Positions 1 to 9,696 of a stretch of DNA of 64,000 bases are shown here, one piece after another; the first letter of the stretch is position 1, and each line of letters opens with the position of its first letter. The stretch is taken from the IMG/VR virus record IMGVR_UViG_3300021598_001639; one strand, 5' to 3'. The notes below the pieces were generated by a model. The model worked only from the letters and a program-made list of their open reading frames with translations, was not told where the DNA came from and did not search any database. Source of the DNA: an uncultured virus (IMG/VR IMGVR_UViG_3300021598_001639) (taxonomy: Duplodnaviria > Heunggongvirae > Uroviricota > Caudoviricetes). The translations under genes and the position numbers were made by a program.

Positions 1-290
1 TTATAAATTCTCTCTATTCCAGGATGCCCATCTAATAATTTTACTAAAGGATTCCAATGAATTTGTTTGGCTTGTTTTAATGAGGGCATTCCCAATAAAA
101 CTACAGGCGGTGATGCTTTATCATACGCCCCTTTATAATTGAGTGCCTTATCTATAATCATTGTCAACATAAGTCTCGATTTACCGTATCTTCGGGAACT
201 CACTAATACTTTAAATCTTTTAGGACTAACAAATACTGTTTGTTGACCAGGGTGCAAATATAACTTTAATGTTTTATTCCTTTTTAACAT
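1..290 (-). CDS. terL: Terminase large subunit, N-terminal ATPase part (runs off window)
   Basis: Manual translation from ATG at 290: MLKRNKTLKLYLHPGQQTVFVSPKRFKVLVSSRRYGKSRLML..., with Q-motif (LHPGQQ) and terminase Walker A (SSRRYGKS); open to window edge. Confidence 0.88.
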   Translation of the reverse strand, partial: MLKRNKTLKLYLHPGQQTVFVSPKRFKVLVSSRRYGKSRLMLTMIIDKALNYKGAYDKASPPVVLLGMPSLKQAKQIHWNPLVKLLDGHPGIERIY

Positions 291-447
291 CCAAAACCCT
301 ATTCAAAGTTTATCGAAACTCACATCAAAAAAATGGGCGAAACTTTCCTTAACTTTATGCGTCTTATCACAGATTTGCAAAAACCCCTTGACAATCTAGT
401 TTAGAAGTGCTATTATATATATAACTGGTATCAACTAAGATTAAATT

Positions 448-1080
448 ATGCGTCAATCCACCGACAAAGACTTTGTTAATGCACTAACTTCTTACTGGGA
501 GTTCACAAGCACTACTGTCGTATATCCTTCAAAAAAATCACTGGAATACGTCACTCTCGGTTTGATTAGTGAAATCAACGAATTGGTTAACAACTCTTTT
601 GCTTTGCTTATGGCTCATCAAGAAGGTGAGCTAGAGGTCGAAGAAAGTGTTTTAGACATAGAACGAACCAAGTTGCTTTTAGAACTAGGCGATATACTTT
701 ACTATGTGACTCGTTTGTGTATTCACCTCGGTTATCGCTCTGTCAAAAATTTTCTAGTTAATGCTAAAATTTATCAAGAGTCGAAATTTAATAAAAGTCT
801 TGAAAAATCTGATTTTTTCTCGACTTACATGACTCTTAATCTTGCGTCGGGAACATTAGCTGGGCTTATCAAAAAATATGTTCGTGGTGACTCCAATTAT
901 CAAGACTTGTCTCTTTTACAGGTTTTTTGTGAATCCTCCCTATTCATTCTGTTCTTGACAATAGACGAACTAGCCTATGAATTGAATAGTGATTTGAAAA
1001 CTGTCATGGACGATAATACTAATAAATTGACAAAACGGAAAAATGCGGGTACTATTCAAGGAGACGGGGATTTCCGTTAA
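448..1080 (+). CDS. mazG: MazG-like NTP pyrophosphohydrolase
   Basis: LGLISEINE...ELGDILYY motifs and phage MazG-like C-terminus NKLTKRKNAGTIQGDGDFR; own promoter TTGACA(388)-N17-TATTAT. Confidence 0.8.
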   Translation: MRQSTDKDFVNALTSYWEFTSTTVVYPSKKSLEYVTLGLISEINELVNNSFALLMAHQEGELEVEESVLDIERTKLLLELGDILYYVTRLCIHLGYRSVKNFLVNAKIYQESKFNKSLEKSDFFSTYMTLNLASGTLAGLIKKYVRGDSNYQDLSLLQVFCESSLFILFLTIDELAYELNSDLKTVMDDNTNKLTKRKNAGTIQGDGDFR

Positions 1081-1109
1081 GGTTTGTCATTATTAAGCTT
1101 GGTGAACTG

Positions 1110-1697
1110 TTACCAACAAAAGTTGGCAACCTTTTTTTTTTTTTTGATTAAGCCGCCAAAGCAGTTAATACATGAGGAATTATAGGGTGTCTTACACATG
1201 ATTTGGGATGGGTCGCCAATAATAACAAGTTTTGACCCGTGAGATATTCTCGTGATTACACAATTAAAAAGTCTTTGAGTCGCATCTTCTGCTTCATCAA
1301 AAATAATAAATGTGTTAGATAATGATGCCCCTTTAAGTTTTCCAATATGTGAAATTTCTAATCTGGTTTTAAACTTTCTAAGCTCATCAGGGGAACAAAT
1401 TTCAGATAAATTAGTCCAAAGAGGAAGTCCTAAAAAATCAATTTTTTCCCTGTATTCACCAGGCAAAGCCCCAATATCTTGTTCATCTGGTTCATTAACA
1501 AATGGTCTGACATAAAGAATAGAATCAATCGGCGATTCAGGATTATTTATAGCTAAAATAGCCGCATACATGGCTAATAACGTTTTTCCTGTCCCTGCTT
1601 CACCAATTCCTAAAGTGATAGTATTTTCTCGAATGGATTGTAAGAATTTTGCTTGCGAGTGGTTCTTGGGTTTAAGACCTTTTGCAATGTTGACCAT
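1110..1697 (-). CDS. phoH: PhoH-family ATPase; C-terminus atypical, possibly truncated or frameshifted at a poly-T run
   Basis: GEAGTGKT, IGALPG, LKGASLSNTFIIFDEAE, RISHGSKLVIIGDPSQ motifs. Confidence 0.88.
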   Translation of the reverse strand: MVNIAKGLKPKNHSQAKFLQSIRENTITLGIGEAGTGKTLLAMYAAILAINNPESPIDSILYVRPFVNEPDEQDIGALPGEYREKIDFLGLPLWTNLSEICSPDELRKFKTRLEISHIGKLKGASLSNTFIIFDEAEDATQRLFNCVITRISHGSKLVIIGDPSQIMCKTPYNSSCINCFGGLIKKKKKVANFCW

Positions 1698-1746
1698 TTG
1701 GTAGGTTTTAAATAAAGGATTAATCTTAAAATGGGCGAGGAGTGTT

Positions 1747-2289
1747 TCAGTTCAAAACATCGTCTTCAGCATTAGAAGCAAGGTTCGTAGTAGGTAAAAA
1801 TTGGGGGTAAACATCAACTTCTAAAAAGACTTCTTCTCCCTGTTCTGTCAGAGAATCAACTTTTTCGAGAATCATTCCTAATTGTTTATGTGCTTCTAAT
1901 GAGGCATTAAGGTTTTTAGCCGTTAAAGTAACAATATCACCTCTGTTAGTGGCTTTTTGTTCTTCATATCCTTCTTTACCCATTATCATTATATCGGTTA
2001 AAAATTTGACTCTAGAGTGTAACGTTGAAAATTTTAGTTCCCCTAAAAGTATCCCCAATTTTACAGATTCCGCTCCTCCAAATTTATGTTTAAAAAGACG
2101 GTCTGGCTCTAATTGTAAAACATTTAAAACAAGTTTTTCGTCTATAGTAATGCAATCAAGATTTTTATTAACTCGTCTGGCTATTTCAGCATCTGAATAT
2201 TGAGGATAACAACCCCTATAATAACAAATAGCCTCTTTTATTAACTCAGGAACTTCTTCAGGATTTGTTAATTTAATTAGTTTAGACAT
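1747..2289 (-). CDS. Hypothetical protein, candidate terminase small subunit
   Basis: N-terminal HTH-like segment (SDAEIARRVN), helical core, acidic tail, same strand and upstream of terL. Confidence 0.4.
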   Translation of the reverse strand: MSKLIKLTNPEEVPELIKEAICYYRGCYPQYSDAEIARRVNKNLDCITIDEKLVLNVLQLEPDRLFKHKFGGAESVKLGILLGELKFSTLHSRVKFLTDIMIMGKEGYEEQKATNRGDIVTLTAKNLNASLEAHKQLGMILEKVDSLTEQGEEVFLEVDVYPQFLPTTNLASNAEDDVLN

Positions 2290-2346
2290 TCCATTTTTAG
2301 TTACTTAATTTGGCTATTTGTTTTCAAGGATGGGACTTGTATCCTA

Positions 2347-2658
2347 TTAAATCGCTGTCATCAAATCAGAAGTCCAAGATTTTCCTGTGAACTTTTTAGG
2401 TGCTTTCGTTTTACGACGAGGGAATCCAGCTTTATCGACTAAATTACGTTGCATTTGTTCTTTAGATTCTGCATCACCCCATCCAGCCCCTAAAGTTACA
2501 GCATCGGTCAAATCAAGCACTAACCTAGCACGATGTTTATAGTGTCCTGATATGATTTCTAGAACTTCCCAATGGCGCATTTTTAAAAGTTCTAATCTAG
2601 AAATACCAAAACTATAAAATATTGGTAGACAATCGATAAGAGTGTTAACATATCTCAC
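2347..2658 (-). CDS. Tail assembly chaperone, frameshift extension (gpT-like)
   Basis: In the -1 frame of the upstream ORF, continuous from slippery site CCCTTTG (2688-2682). Confidence 0.7.
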   Translation of the reverse strand: MRYVNTLIDCLPIFYSFGISRLELLKMRHWEVLEIISGHYKHRARLVLDLTDAVTLGAGWGDAESKEQMQRNLVDKAGFPRRKTKAPKKFTGKSWTSDLMTAI

Positions 2659-3140
2659 TACTCTTGCTCGATTCTCCCATCCAAAGGGACTTCTAAATCT
2701 TCCTCAGCACTTTGTGTTTTGATGACTGGTTCGACAGTTTGTTTTGCATCTAAAAGTTGTTGACAATGATTGTATAATGACATCACTGTTTTACTTCTTT
2801 TTCGTTTAAATGTCCCAGCCGGTACTCCTAATAATGCTTCAACCATTCGACGGGCAGGTTTATACATTAAAGCTTCTAATTTAGCTTTTTTTACTGAATC
2901 TGAAGCACCTACACTTTTTTCAAGTATTAGTTCTCCATCTTCATTTTCAACACCGTAAACACTAAGCAAAGCATCCATAGCTTCTGCTCTAGCTTGAAAA
3001 TATTCAATATATTCGGCTTCAGATAAATCTTCAGGGGCTGTGATTTTATATTCTGTGCCATCTAGCATTAAAGTACCTAATGGTTCCCCTTCATCTAAAA
3101 ATTGGGCAATTATAGAAGTATTAGGCAAAGTTTCGGGCAT
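2658..3140 (-). CDS. Tail assembly chaperone (gpG-like)
   Basis: Acidic 160 aa ending in GTC CCT TTG (X XXY YYZ heptamer); downstream of tail tube gene on the same strand. Confidence 0.7.
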   Translation of the reverse strand: MPETLPNTSIIAQFLDEGEPLGTLMLDGTEYKITAPEDLSEAEYIEYFQARAEAMDALLSVYGVENEDGELILEKSVGASDSVKKAKLEALMYKPARRMVEALLGVPAGTFKRKRSKTVMSLYNHCQQLLDAKQTVEPVIKTQSAEEDLEVPLDGRIEQE

Positions 3141-3242
3141 AATTAAATCAAATCTTTAAGTGGAAAGTCAATCATATTTTGAGCGAAAAATCCTTGGACT
3201 TTAGAATCTCAAAATTAAACTACTTTTTGAACAATCAAAAAC

Positions 3243-3949
3243 TGTACTACTTAGCCCTAAATCAATAAAACTTAATCATATAAAGGGTTTTAACATTTTA
3301 GACTTTAAAAAACCCCATTTTAAAATCAATAAAACTCTGTCATAGTATGGCTTTGACCCGTTTGTACTATGTAGTGGGGGGGATAACTTTATTTTTTTTA
3401 TCTTCCCCTTACCCCGCACCCCAAAAATATTTTTCCACTACCACTTGACATTTTGTTTATTCCCATGCTATGCTATACACATAGCGAAAAATAGAGTGGG
3501 GGATAGGATACTAGAGTGCTTTAATTCTAGGGTATTCACAAATCAACCTATCAAAAATTAAATATATATTTTACATATTTAGCCCACATTCACCCTTTTA
3601 CCCATTTTTTACCTCTCAGACCATTACAAATTGGTTTATTGGTAAAAGTATCATGACCCACTCTGAAGTGCGGGAAAAGGCTGATAAACGAAAAAGTCTA
3701 ACCCCTCCCCTATCAAAGCAAAAAACAGTTTTGAATCGTTGAGGCTTCCAAATGCTTCAATCTGCTCAATCTAGATGGTATATGTTTTTTAGTGCCTAAA
3801 CTGCGATGATTAAAGAGGTGGAAGATAAAAAAAATAAAGTTATCCCCCCCACTACATAGTACAAACGGGTCAAAGCCATACTATGACAGAGTAAAATGTT
3901 GAAACCCTAGATATGATTGGGTTTTATTGATTTTGGGCTAAGTAGTACA
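3243..3949. repeat. Long inverted-repeat element A (non-coding, internal promoter)
   Basis: Arms about 3243-3406 and 3819-3949 are inverted copies (TGTACTAC...TGTACTATGTAGTGGGGGGGATAACTTT); promoter TTGACA 3445 / TATGCT 3469. Confidence 0.9.
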
Positions 3950-3994
3950 ATAAATTTTTGAGTATTGTCCTTTTGGGAATTTTTTGTTATGCTG

Positions 3995-5321
3995 GGAACA
4001 GCTTTAGACCCGCCTTTGTTAACATTCATTAACATTTACGGTAGTTTACTACCACGGTTAAAGTCTAAAAGATTTTTCTCAAACCCCTTGACATTCTAAC
4101 TACCATTTGTTATACTTTAATTATTGCAACCCATTTAATGCCATGCTATTAGGATTTAAAACTGAAATCAACCCTAATAAAACCCAACTAACTCTCCTAG
4201 CCCAAAATGCTGGAGTAGCTAGACACGCATGGAATTGGGGGTTAGCTCTCACTAAACAGATTCTTAACCATAATAAAATCAATCCAGATGAGAAAATTAA
4301 ATTCCCTTCAGCTATTGATTTACATAAATGGTTAGTTGCTATCGTTAAAAGAGATAATCCTTGGTACTACGAAAGCAGTAAATGGAGTCCGCAAAATGCT
4401 CTTCGAGCCTTGTCGGACGCATGGCAACGCTGTTTTAAAAAAGTATCTGGAAGTCCTAAATTCAAAAAGAAAGGTAGAAATGATAAATTCACTCTTGATG
4501 GTTCTATCACCGTAGGACATCAAAAAATAAAAATACCTAATTTAGGTTGGGTTAAGACTTTTGAGAGATTACCACAAGGGATTTCACCTAAATCAGTTAC
4601 CCTGTCTAAAAAAGCTGATAGATGGTTTATTAGCTTCAGAATTGAAGTAGAACCCACTAATCCTGAGAAATCAGTTGATGTAGTAGGTGTTGACCTAGGA
4701 ATTAAAGCCCTAGCTACACTATCTACAGGGGAAACTTTTCAAGGTTCAAAACCCTATAAAAGATTGGAATCTAAGTTATCCCGCTTACAATGGTTAAACC
4801 GACATAAAACGATTGGTTCTAACAATTGGAGAAAAGCCCAATTAAAAATAGCTAATCTGCATAGAAAGATTGCTAACATTCGTAAAGATACATTACACAA
4901 ATTGACTAGCTATCTGACCAAGAACCACGGTATGATAGTTATTGAAGATTTAAATGTATCTGGAATGATGGCTAATCATTGTCTAGCCAAAGCTATTCAG
5001 GATATGGGGTTTTACGAGTTTAGAAGACAGTTAACATACAAAACAGAGTTATACGGGTCTAAACTGGTAGTAGTAGATAGATGGTTTCCGTCATCTAAAA
5101 CTTGCTCTAACTGCGGAGTTAAAAAGGATAAATTGACTCTATCAGACCGAATTTTCAACTGTGATAGTTGTGGGTTTGAAATAGATAGAGATTTGAATGC
5201 TAGTATTAATCTAGCAAAAGCGGGCAGTTAGCTCGTGTTAGCTTGTGGAGTGGAGTTAGGCCGTCCTTACCACAATGAAGCAAGAAATTAATGTTAATGA
5301 ATGTTAACATTTTTATAACGG
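3995..5321 (+). mobile_element. Non-autonomous IS607-like element with tnpB only (no tnpA)
   Basis: Left end TTTAGACCCGCCTTTGTTAACATTCATTAACAT; right end ATGTTAATGAATGTTAACATTTTTATAACGG; tnpB in between. Confidence 0.7.
4143..5231 (+). CDS. tnpB: TnpB RNA-guided endonuclease, RuvC triad intact
   Basis: N-terminal HTH (GFKTEINPN...ARHAWNWGL), RuvC-I VGVDLG, RuvC-II IVIEDL, Zn finger CSNC..CDSC, RuvC-III DRDLNASINL; promoter TTGACA 4088-N17-TATACT. Confidence 0.95.
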   Translation: MLLGFKTEINPNKTQLTLLAQNAGVARHAWNWGLALTKQILNHNKINPDEKIKFPSAIDLHKWLVAIVKRDNPWYYESSKWSPQNALRALSDAWQRCFKKVSGSPKFKKKGRNDKFTLDGSITVGHQKIKIPNLGWVKTFERLPQGISPKSVTLSKKADRWFISFRIEVEPTNPEKSVDVVGVDLGIKALATLSTGETFQGSKPYKRLESKLSRLQWLNRHKTIGSNNWRKAQLKIANLHRKIANIRKDTLHKLTSYLTKNHGMIVIEDLNVSGMMANHCLAKAIQDMGFYEFRRQLTYKTELYGSKLVVVDRWFPSSKTCSNCGVKKDKLTLSDRIFNCDSCGFEIDRDLNASINLAKAGS

Positions 5322-5341
5322 AACAGCTAATTAACTCCACC
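5217..5341 (+). ncRNA. Putative TnpB omegaRNA (scaffold to ...ATAACGG 5321, then guide AACAGCTAATTAACTCCACC)
   Basis: Overlaps the tnpB stop and right end; stems GCTTGTGG...CCACAATGAAGC; near-identical second copy at 56683-56778. Confidence 0.65.
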
Positions 5342-5356
5342 TCCCCCAAAAAACTA

Positions 5357-5644
5357 ATGAACAATCCACAACCAAAACCAGTAAAAGTCTATGTAACAGA
5401 GTACGCCCTAACAGCCGGGGTTTATTTAACTGAAGCCGAAATTTCAGAGTGTGGACGTTTTGCAAGAGCAAAAAATCAGTTTGGGACAGACACTGCGTAT
5501 ACTCTAGGAAAGTCAGCCTTTTTTACCGTTGAAGAAGCAAAAGCAAATTTTGAAAAACGAAAAGCTTCTGCCCTTAAATCTGCTGAAAAGAAAATCAAAA
5601 AATTGAAAAATTTAGAGTTTTCTTTTACAGATTGCATTGACTAA
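5357..5644 (+). CDS. Hypothetical phage protein
   Basis: ORF KVYVTEYALTAGVY...; followed by hairpin terminator at about 5678-5705. Confidence 0.65.
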   Translation: MNNPQPKPVKVYVTEYALTAGVYLTEAEISECGRFARAKNQFGTDTAYTLGKSAFFTVEEAKANFEKRKASALKSAEKKIKKLKNLEFSFTDCID

Positions 5645-5724
5645 ATCACAACCAGAACCGCAAAGAGTTTTTCACTAACCCTGCCGTAAAACAGACGGGG
5701 TTTTTACCCAAATTTCCCCTGACT

Positions 5725-5980
5725 AATCCATACCAACCAGAACCGCAAAGAAGAGTTTATGTTACTAGATACTCTCTAACATCTGGAGTTTATCGAACAA
5801 ATTCATATTTCTTAAACCCGTACGATGTAGCTTTTGTCAAAAACCGACAAGGAGCTATTATTACCATAAAAGTTGGTAAGTCAGTCTTTTTGACGTACGA
5901 AGAAGCAAAAAAAGATTCTGAAAAACGAAAAGCTTTTGCCAGGAGATACTTTTGTCCGCTTGAAAACAGTAAATACAAGT
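5725..5980 (+). pseudogene. Degenerate duplicate of the 5357-5644 gene
   Basis: ...RVYVTRYSLTSGVY...VGKSVFLTYEEAKKDSEKRKA parallels the upstream gene; no clear ATG. Confidence 0.55.
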
Positions 5981-6060
5981 AATGACGATAATATTTTCGG
6001 AATATTTGTTACTAGCAAGACTGAAATTATTTTCGCCAGCATAACTTCTGTTTTGTAAAT

Positions 6061-6963
6061 TTAAGCTAATCCTTGAGTCCAGACTCGCATTAATATTCTT
6101 TCCGATCCTAACACCCCGACACATATCCAAGTATTCATGTTTGATAGATCAGGGTCTATTCCTGTATTTCTATAGACTTCTCCCACAGGTATCTGTAAAC
6201 TTGTTTTTAACAGATTCGGCACATACCCAATAGCCTTGTTAGGTGCGTCATTATCCCTTAAGTAAAATTCTGTGGTGTTCGCTCCTGGAGTAGCGGACAG
6301 ACAAGAAACAGGATAATTAGCAATAGGGTCAGCATCTGGTAGCTGAGGAATATTAAAATTGCGAACAACATTGCTATTTTCAGCAGAAGGTCTAAAACCT
6401 CTAATTTGATGAGTGTCTGAATCTAATATCAATATATAGGCATTTCTAGGAAAAGCATTACCGCTATAGATTGAGTTATTAAGCCAACCAAAACTAACAA
6501 AACAAAAATTATTATTGTTTAAATCCTGCCCGTTTCTTGCTATTGAAAAAATACTAAGACTTCTATTGTTTAATACGCCGTAAAAAGCACGAGATGAAGC
6601 TCCAGCGAATAAGTAACTACTGTCGTATAAGCTGTCGTTATTATTCGCTATAGTTGGATAGCTTATTCTCGCCGCAGATGTAACATTAATGTTAGTAGTT
6701 ACAGTTGACGCATTTTCCTCTCCAAATCTATATTTAGAACTGGTAGCTGGGAAAGTAAGACTTTCAAAAGAAGTGGGGAATATAACTTTTAGCGTAGTAG
6801 ATGAGGATGTAACAGCACAGGTTTGGTTAAAAAAATTGTTAATCCAAGTAGCTAATTGAGCCGTGGTAAATCCAACAGATTCAGGACTGTACAAAAGATC
6901 ATTAATTCTCCATCCGTAATAAGAATTGCCGAAGGTGTCGGTGTTGATTAAAGGTAAATTCAT
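6061..6963 (-). CDS. Probable virion/tail-associated protein
   Basis: 300 aa, N/S/T-rich beta-type composition, in the tail operon direction. Confidence 0.5.
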   Translation of the reverse strand: MNLPLINTDTFGNSYYGWRINDLLYSPESVGFTTAQLATWINNFFNQTCAVTSSSTTLKVIFPTSFESLTFPATSSKYRFGEENASTVTTNINVTSAARISYPTIANNNDSLYDSSYLFAGASSRAFYGVLNNRSLSIFSIARNGQDLNNNNFCFVSFGWLNNSIYSGNAFPRNAYILILDSDTHQIRGFRPSAENSNVVRNFNIPQLPDADPIANYPVSCLSATPGANTTEFYLRDNDAPNKAIGYVPNLLKTSLQIPVGEVYRNTGIDPDLSNMNTWICVGVLGSERILMRVWTQGLA

Positions 6964-7178
6964 GGCGTTCTATCAAATCCTGAGTTATTAAGATCAAAAG
7001 CGCAATAAACAAAAGTCCCGTTAACGGGATCAATTGGTCTTAATTCGTTAACAGAAAAAGCGCAATAAACAAAAGTCCCGTTAACGGGATCAATTGGTCT
7101 TAATTCGTTAACAGAAAAAGCACAGTAAACAAAAGTGTTATATAGAATTGTATCTGGCCAGTACAACCATCTAGGCAT
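6960..7178 (-). CDS. Small protein with 20-aa tandem repeat
   Basis: 60-bp tandem repeat about 6996-7136 (TFVYCAFSVNELRPIDPVNG x2 plus partial). Confidence 0.55.
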   Translation of the reverse strand: MPRWLYWPDTILYNTFVYCAFSVNELRPIDPVNGTFVYCAFSVNELRPIDPVNGTFVYCAFDLNNSGFDRTP

Positions 7179-7232
7179 ATTGAATACTTAAGGAAAAATC
7201 TATATTAACAGGATTAGAGATATTAGAATTTA

Positions 7233-7553
7233 CAGTAGATAAAAGATTAACATTCGTAAATATCTAAGGGTATCAACTCCCTATTTTGGGTAGCTTAGTT
7301 AGGAATTTTATACGGATTCCTCTAAAACTAATCACTCTGCGAGCTAATTGCACGCTTTACCATAGTTAAAGGGGGTTTTGACCCGTTATAATTAAGCTTG
7401 GTTTTTGCCTAACTAATTTTGTTGGGTTAACCCCCGTATAACAGATGGTCGATAAGATGTCAAGGGGGGGTGGGTTGAGAAAAATCTTTTAGACTTAAAC
7501 CCTAGTAGTAAACTACTGTAAATGTTAATGAATGTTAACAAAGGCGGGTCTAA
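7233..7553 (-). mobile_element. IS607-like left-end copy and promoter fused to a gene remnant and a second IS-end-like motif
   Basis: 7435-7553 matches the tnpB left end and promoter (4003-4116); about 7355-7430 matches 56775-56850; 7233-7294 matches 32073-32134. Confidence 0.75.
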
Positions 7554-7577
7554 AACTAAGCACTTTCAAAATTTGAG

Positions 7578-8216
7578 TTAAGCTACGGTTTCATCACCAA
7601 AAATAATCCGAACACCAGAGCTATCAGGTAAAGATGTGAGAGTCACTTTGAGTTCTTGTTGAGTTTGTAACCCAAAAGCCAAGTTAGTACCATTGATAGA
7701 AGTCAATGCACCGTTAGGAAAAGTTACCCAGTTATTAACCCAAGCTTTATAAGCGGCTACATCAGCATCAAAAGCATCTTCGGCTAATCCCACAGTACCA
7801 TAAGTTTTACCGTTATAAGTGGTAGTAGTGGGGGCAGTATTACCTGGGTCAGTAAGAACGGGATAAGGTTTTAATACAACTTTTTGACCAGTAATCAGAG
7901 TGCCTGCTTGGTCTGTAACTTCTACTTTTCGCATAGTGTAGTTAACGGTATTAACCGTATCAGTGTCAGATTGGAGAGGCACACCAAAAAGAAGAGCAAT
8001 TTGTTGAGCAGAAATGTCTGAGATAGAGATTTCCAATTTACCTTCAATACCCGTTTTAATATAGCCAACTGGTTTAGAGGAACTTTGGTCTTTGAGGGTA
8101 AACTCATCCCTTTCAATCCTCAGCGTGGCATCATTCATTTGTTGGTCATTGGTGATAGTGATTTTATTCAGACCTGTACCAATTTCAATTAGAGATGGTC
8201 CGGAACGTTTTGCCAT
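7578..8216 (-). CDS. Tail tube (major tail) protein
   Basis: 212 aa beta-rich, follows head-tail joining genes, has a late motif upstream. Confidence 0.7.
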   Translation of the reverse strand: MAKRSGPSLIEIGTGLNKITITNDQQMNDATLRIERDEFTLKDQSSSKPVGYIKTGIEGKLEISISDISAQQIALLFGVPLQSDTDTVNTVNYTMRKVEVTDQAGTLITGQKVVLKPYPVLTDPGNTAPTTTTYNGKTYGTVGLAEDAFDADVAAYKAWVNNWVTFPNGALTSINGTNLAFGLQTQQELKVTLTSLPDSSGVRIIFGDETVA

Positions 8217-8269
8217 TGTTTTAATTTATCCTTTTTTACTAGCAGACTTAACTAAGGTAATGAGCGTTT

Positions 8270-8686
8270 TTAGACATTTCGGATATGAAATCGATAATCA
8301 ACACCACTAATATAAATTTCAAAGGATTTATCAAATATAGGAGCGATGCGACGAGCTAAGTAGCTATGATTAGACTCTTGGTTTAGCATAATAAGGTTAA
8401 AAGGATTTAAAGACTGCAAATATTCAATCAAAGATTCTTGAATTTGACGGTTTTTAGCATAATCAGCGTTAAAAACTAAAAAAGAAACTAAAGGATGAAT
8501 AATATCTCTAGAAATAATGGAACCTTCAATGTCATCAGATATAGCAGAAAAAGTAATAATCGTTTTTCCATTATATAACTCATTCTTTGTTTTTGGGTAA
8601 TTAACTGAAAAAGTAATGTCACTATTAACAAAAAATTCAGTTAAGAGAGTAAATAATGCTGATTCTAATTTAGATACACTTAACAT
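8270..8686 (-). CDS. Tail terminator/completion protein
   Basis: 138 aa immediately upstream of tail tube; C-terminal YISGVDYRFH strand. Confidence 0.5.
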   Translation of the reverse strand: MLSVSKLESALFTLLTEFFVNSDITFSVNYPKTKNELYNGKTIITFSAISDDIEGSIISRDIIHPLVSFLVFNADYAKNRQIQESLIEYLQSLNPFNLIMLNQESNHSYLARRIAPIFDKSFEIYISGVDYRFHIRNV

Positions 8687-8913
8687 TAAACCCTCCGAAG
8701 CTCTTGAGAAAGTTTGTCAACATAAGGTCTTACTTCAGGGTTAAGTAATTCTTCTGTTATATCTTTTTTAATAATTACCCTAACTTCGTTTTCTTCTTGG
8801 GTAACTTTAGCATTCTCAAACTGTTGAGTAAGAAAGTCAACTTTATTAAACAAAGAAATGATTTTGTCTTGTTTAAATCTATCTAATTCAGCATGGTTAC
8901 GAACGACGGGCAT
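8686..8913 (-). CDS. Small neck/tail completion protein (start re-called at MPVVRNH)
   Basis: ATG 8913 directly after the stop of 8924-9352. Confidence 0.45.
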   Translation of the reverse strand: MPVVRNHAELDRFKQDKIISLFNKVDFLTQQFENAKVTQEENEVRVIIKKDITEELLNPEVRPYVDKLSQELRRV

Positions 8914-8923
8914 AAAATTATTC

Positions 8924-9352
8924 CTATGGTAACAAAGTTTGAACATCAGACCAACTATACGGAACCCCTTCATTGGCATTAACCACAACGGTAGATAAAG
9001 CAGATAAATTGTATTTAACGTTCTTAACGACTGCCGATACAATTCTGGTGTTTTCCGACCAATCAATAAAAGCATAGTCACCCATTAGAATTTCAGCTTG
9101 GGGTATAGCCATTTTAAACCTGAAAATTCCTCCAGAATTTGAACTAAATTGAAGTCTCTCGTGAAAAGTACCATCTTCAAAAGAGATTATAGGATAACTA
9201 TTTACCAACAAGAGGGGGTTTAGATTAGGTGCGTTAAAAGGATTAGAGGCAATGTTAGAAGGACGAACAATGTGAACATACCCCGCATTTAATGTGTTCA
9301 CAATCTCCCTAACTACTTCCTGTAATCCTAAGTCAGATAAATTTAAACTCAT
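8924..9352 (-). CDS. Head-closure/neck protein (putative)
   Basis: Position before tail completion genes; late motif 30 nt upstream. Confidence 0.45.
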   Translation of the reverse strand: MSLNLSDLGLQEVVREIVNTLNAGYVHIVRPSNIASNPFNAPNLNPLLLVNSYPIISFEDGTFHERLQFSSNSGGIFRFKMAIPQAEILMGDYAFIDWSENTRIVSAVVKNVKYNLSALSTVVVNANEGVPYSWSDVQTLLP

Positions 9353-9390
9353 AAGGAAATTTTGGTGTAATAACCTTATTTTGAGCGGAA

Positions 9391-9696
9391 TTAGTTTAAT
9401 CGTCTTCGGAAATGATAAGTACCAGAAACAAATTTTCCAACATCGGAAGCGTGAAAAATCATTGTGCCAAGAGTTCGATTGATTGAAATGAAACCCCCAA
9501 CAGGTGGAGATGCCCCATTAAACAAAATACGTTCAGGAGGTATTAATTCATTATTGATGCTTAATTTAAGATAATTTAAGTCAGCACCAATAATTTCTTC
9601 AAAACCTGATTTTGAAGAAGCAAAAGGAAAAGGTACGACTAGAGAATCAGGGATTAAAATAGACATTAAAAGAGAATCAGGGATTAAAATAGACAT
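9391..9696 (-). CDS. Hypothetical tail protein with duplicated first 10 codons
   Basis: Exact 30-bp tandem duplication 9641-9700 (MSILIPDSLL/MSILIPDSLV). Confidence 0.55.
   Translation of the reverse strand: MSILIPDSLLMSILIPDSLVVPFPFASSKSGFEEIIGADLNYLKLSINNELIPPERILFNGASPPVGGFISINRTLGTMIFHASDVGKFVSGTYHFRRRLN

Noticed and set aside
1110..1200. Intron or programmed frameshift at the phoH 3' end
   Set aside because: No frame restores a canonical PhoH tail and no intron core is visible; the poly-T run may be an error
3243..3949. Tn7/CAST transposon ends (TGT...ACA) for elements A-C
   Set aside because: No 5-bp target duplication, no TnsB-type gene in the window, and arms are near-perfect long IRs; kept only as an alternative hypothesis
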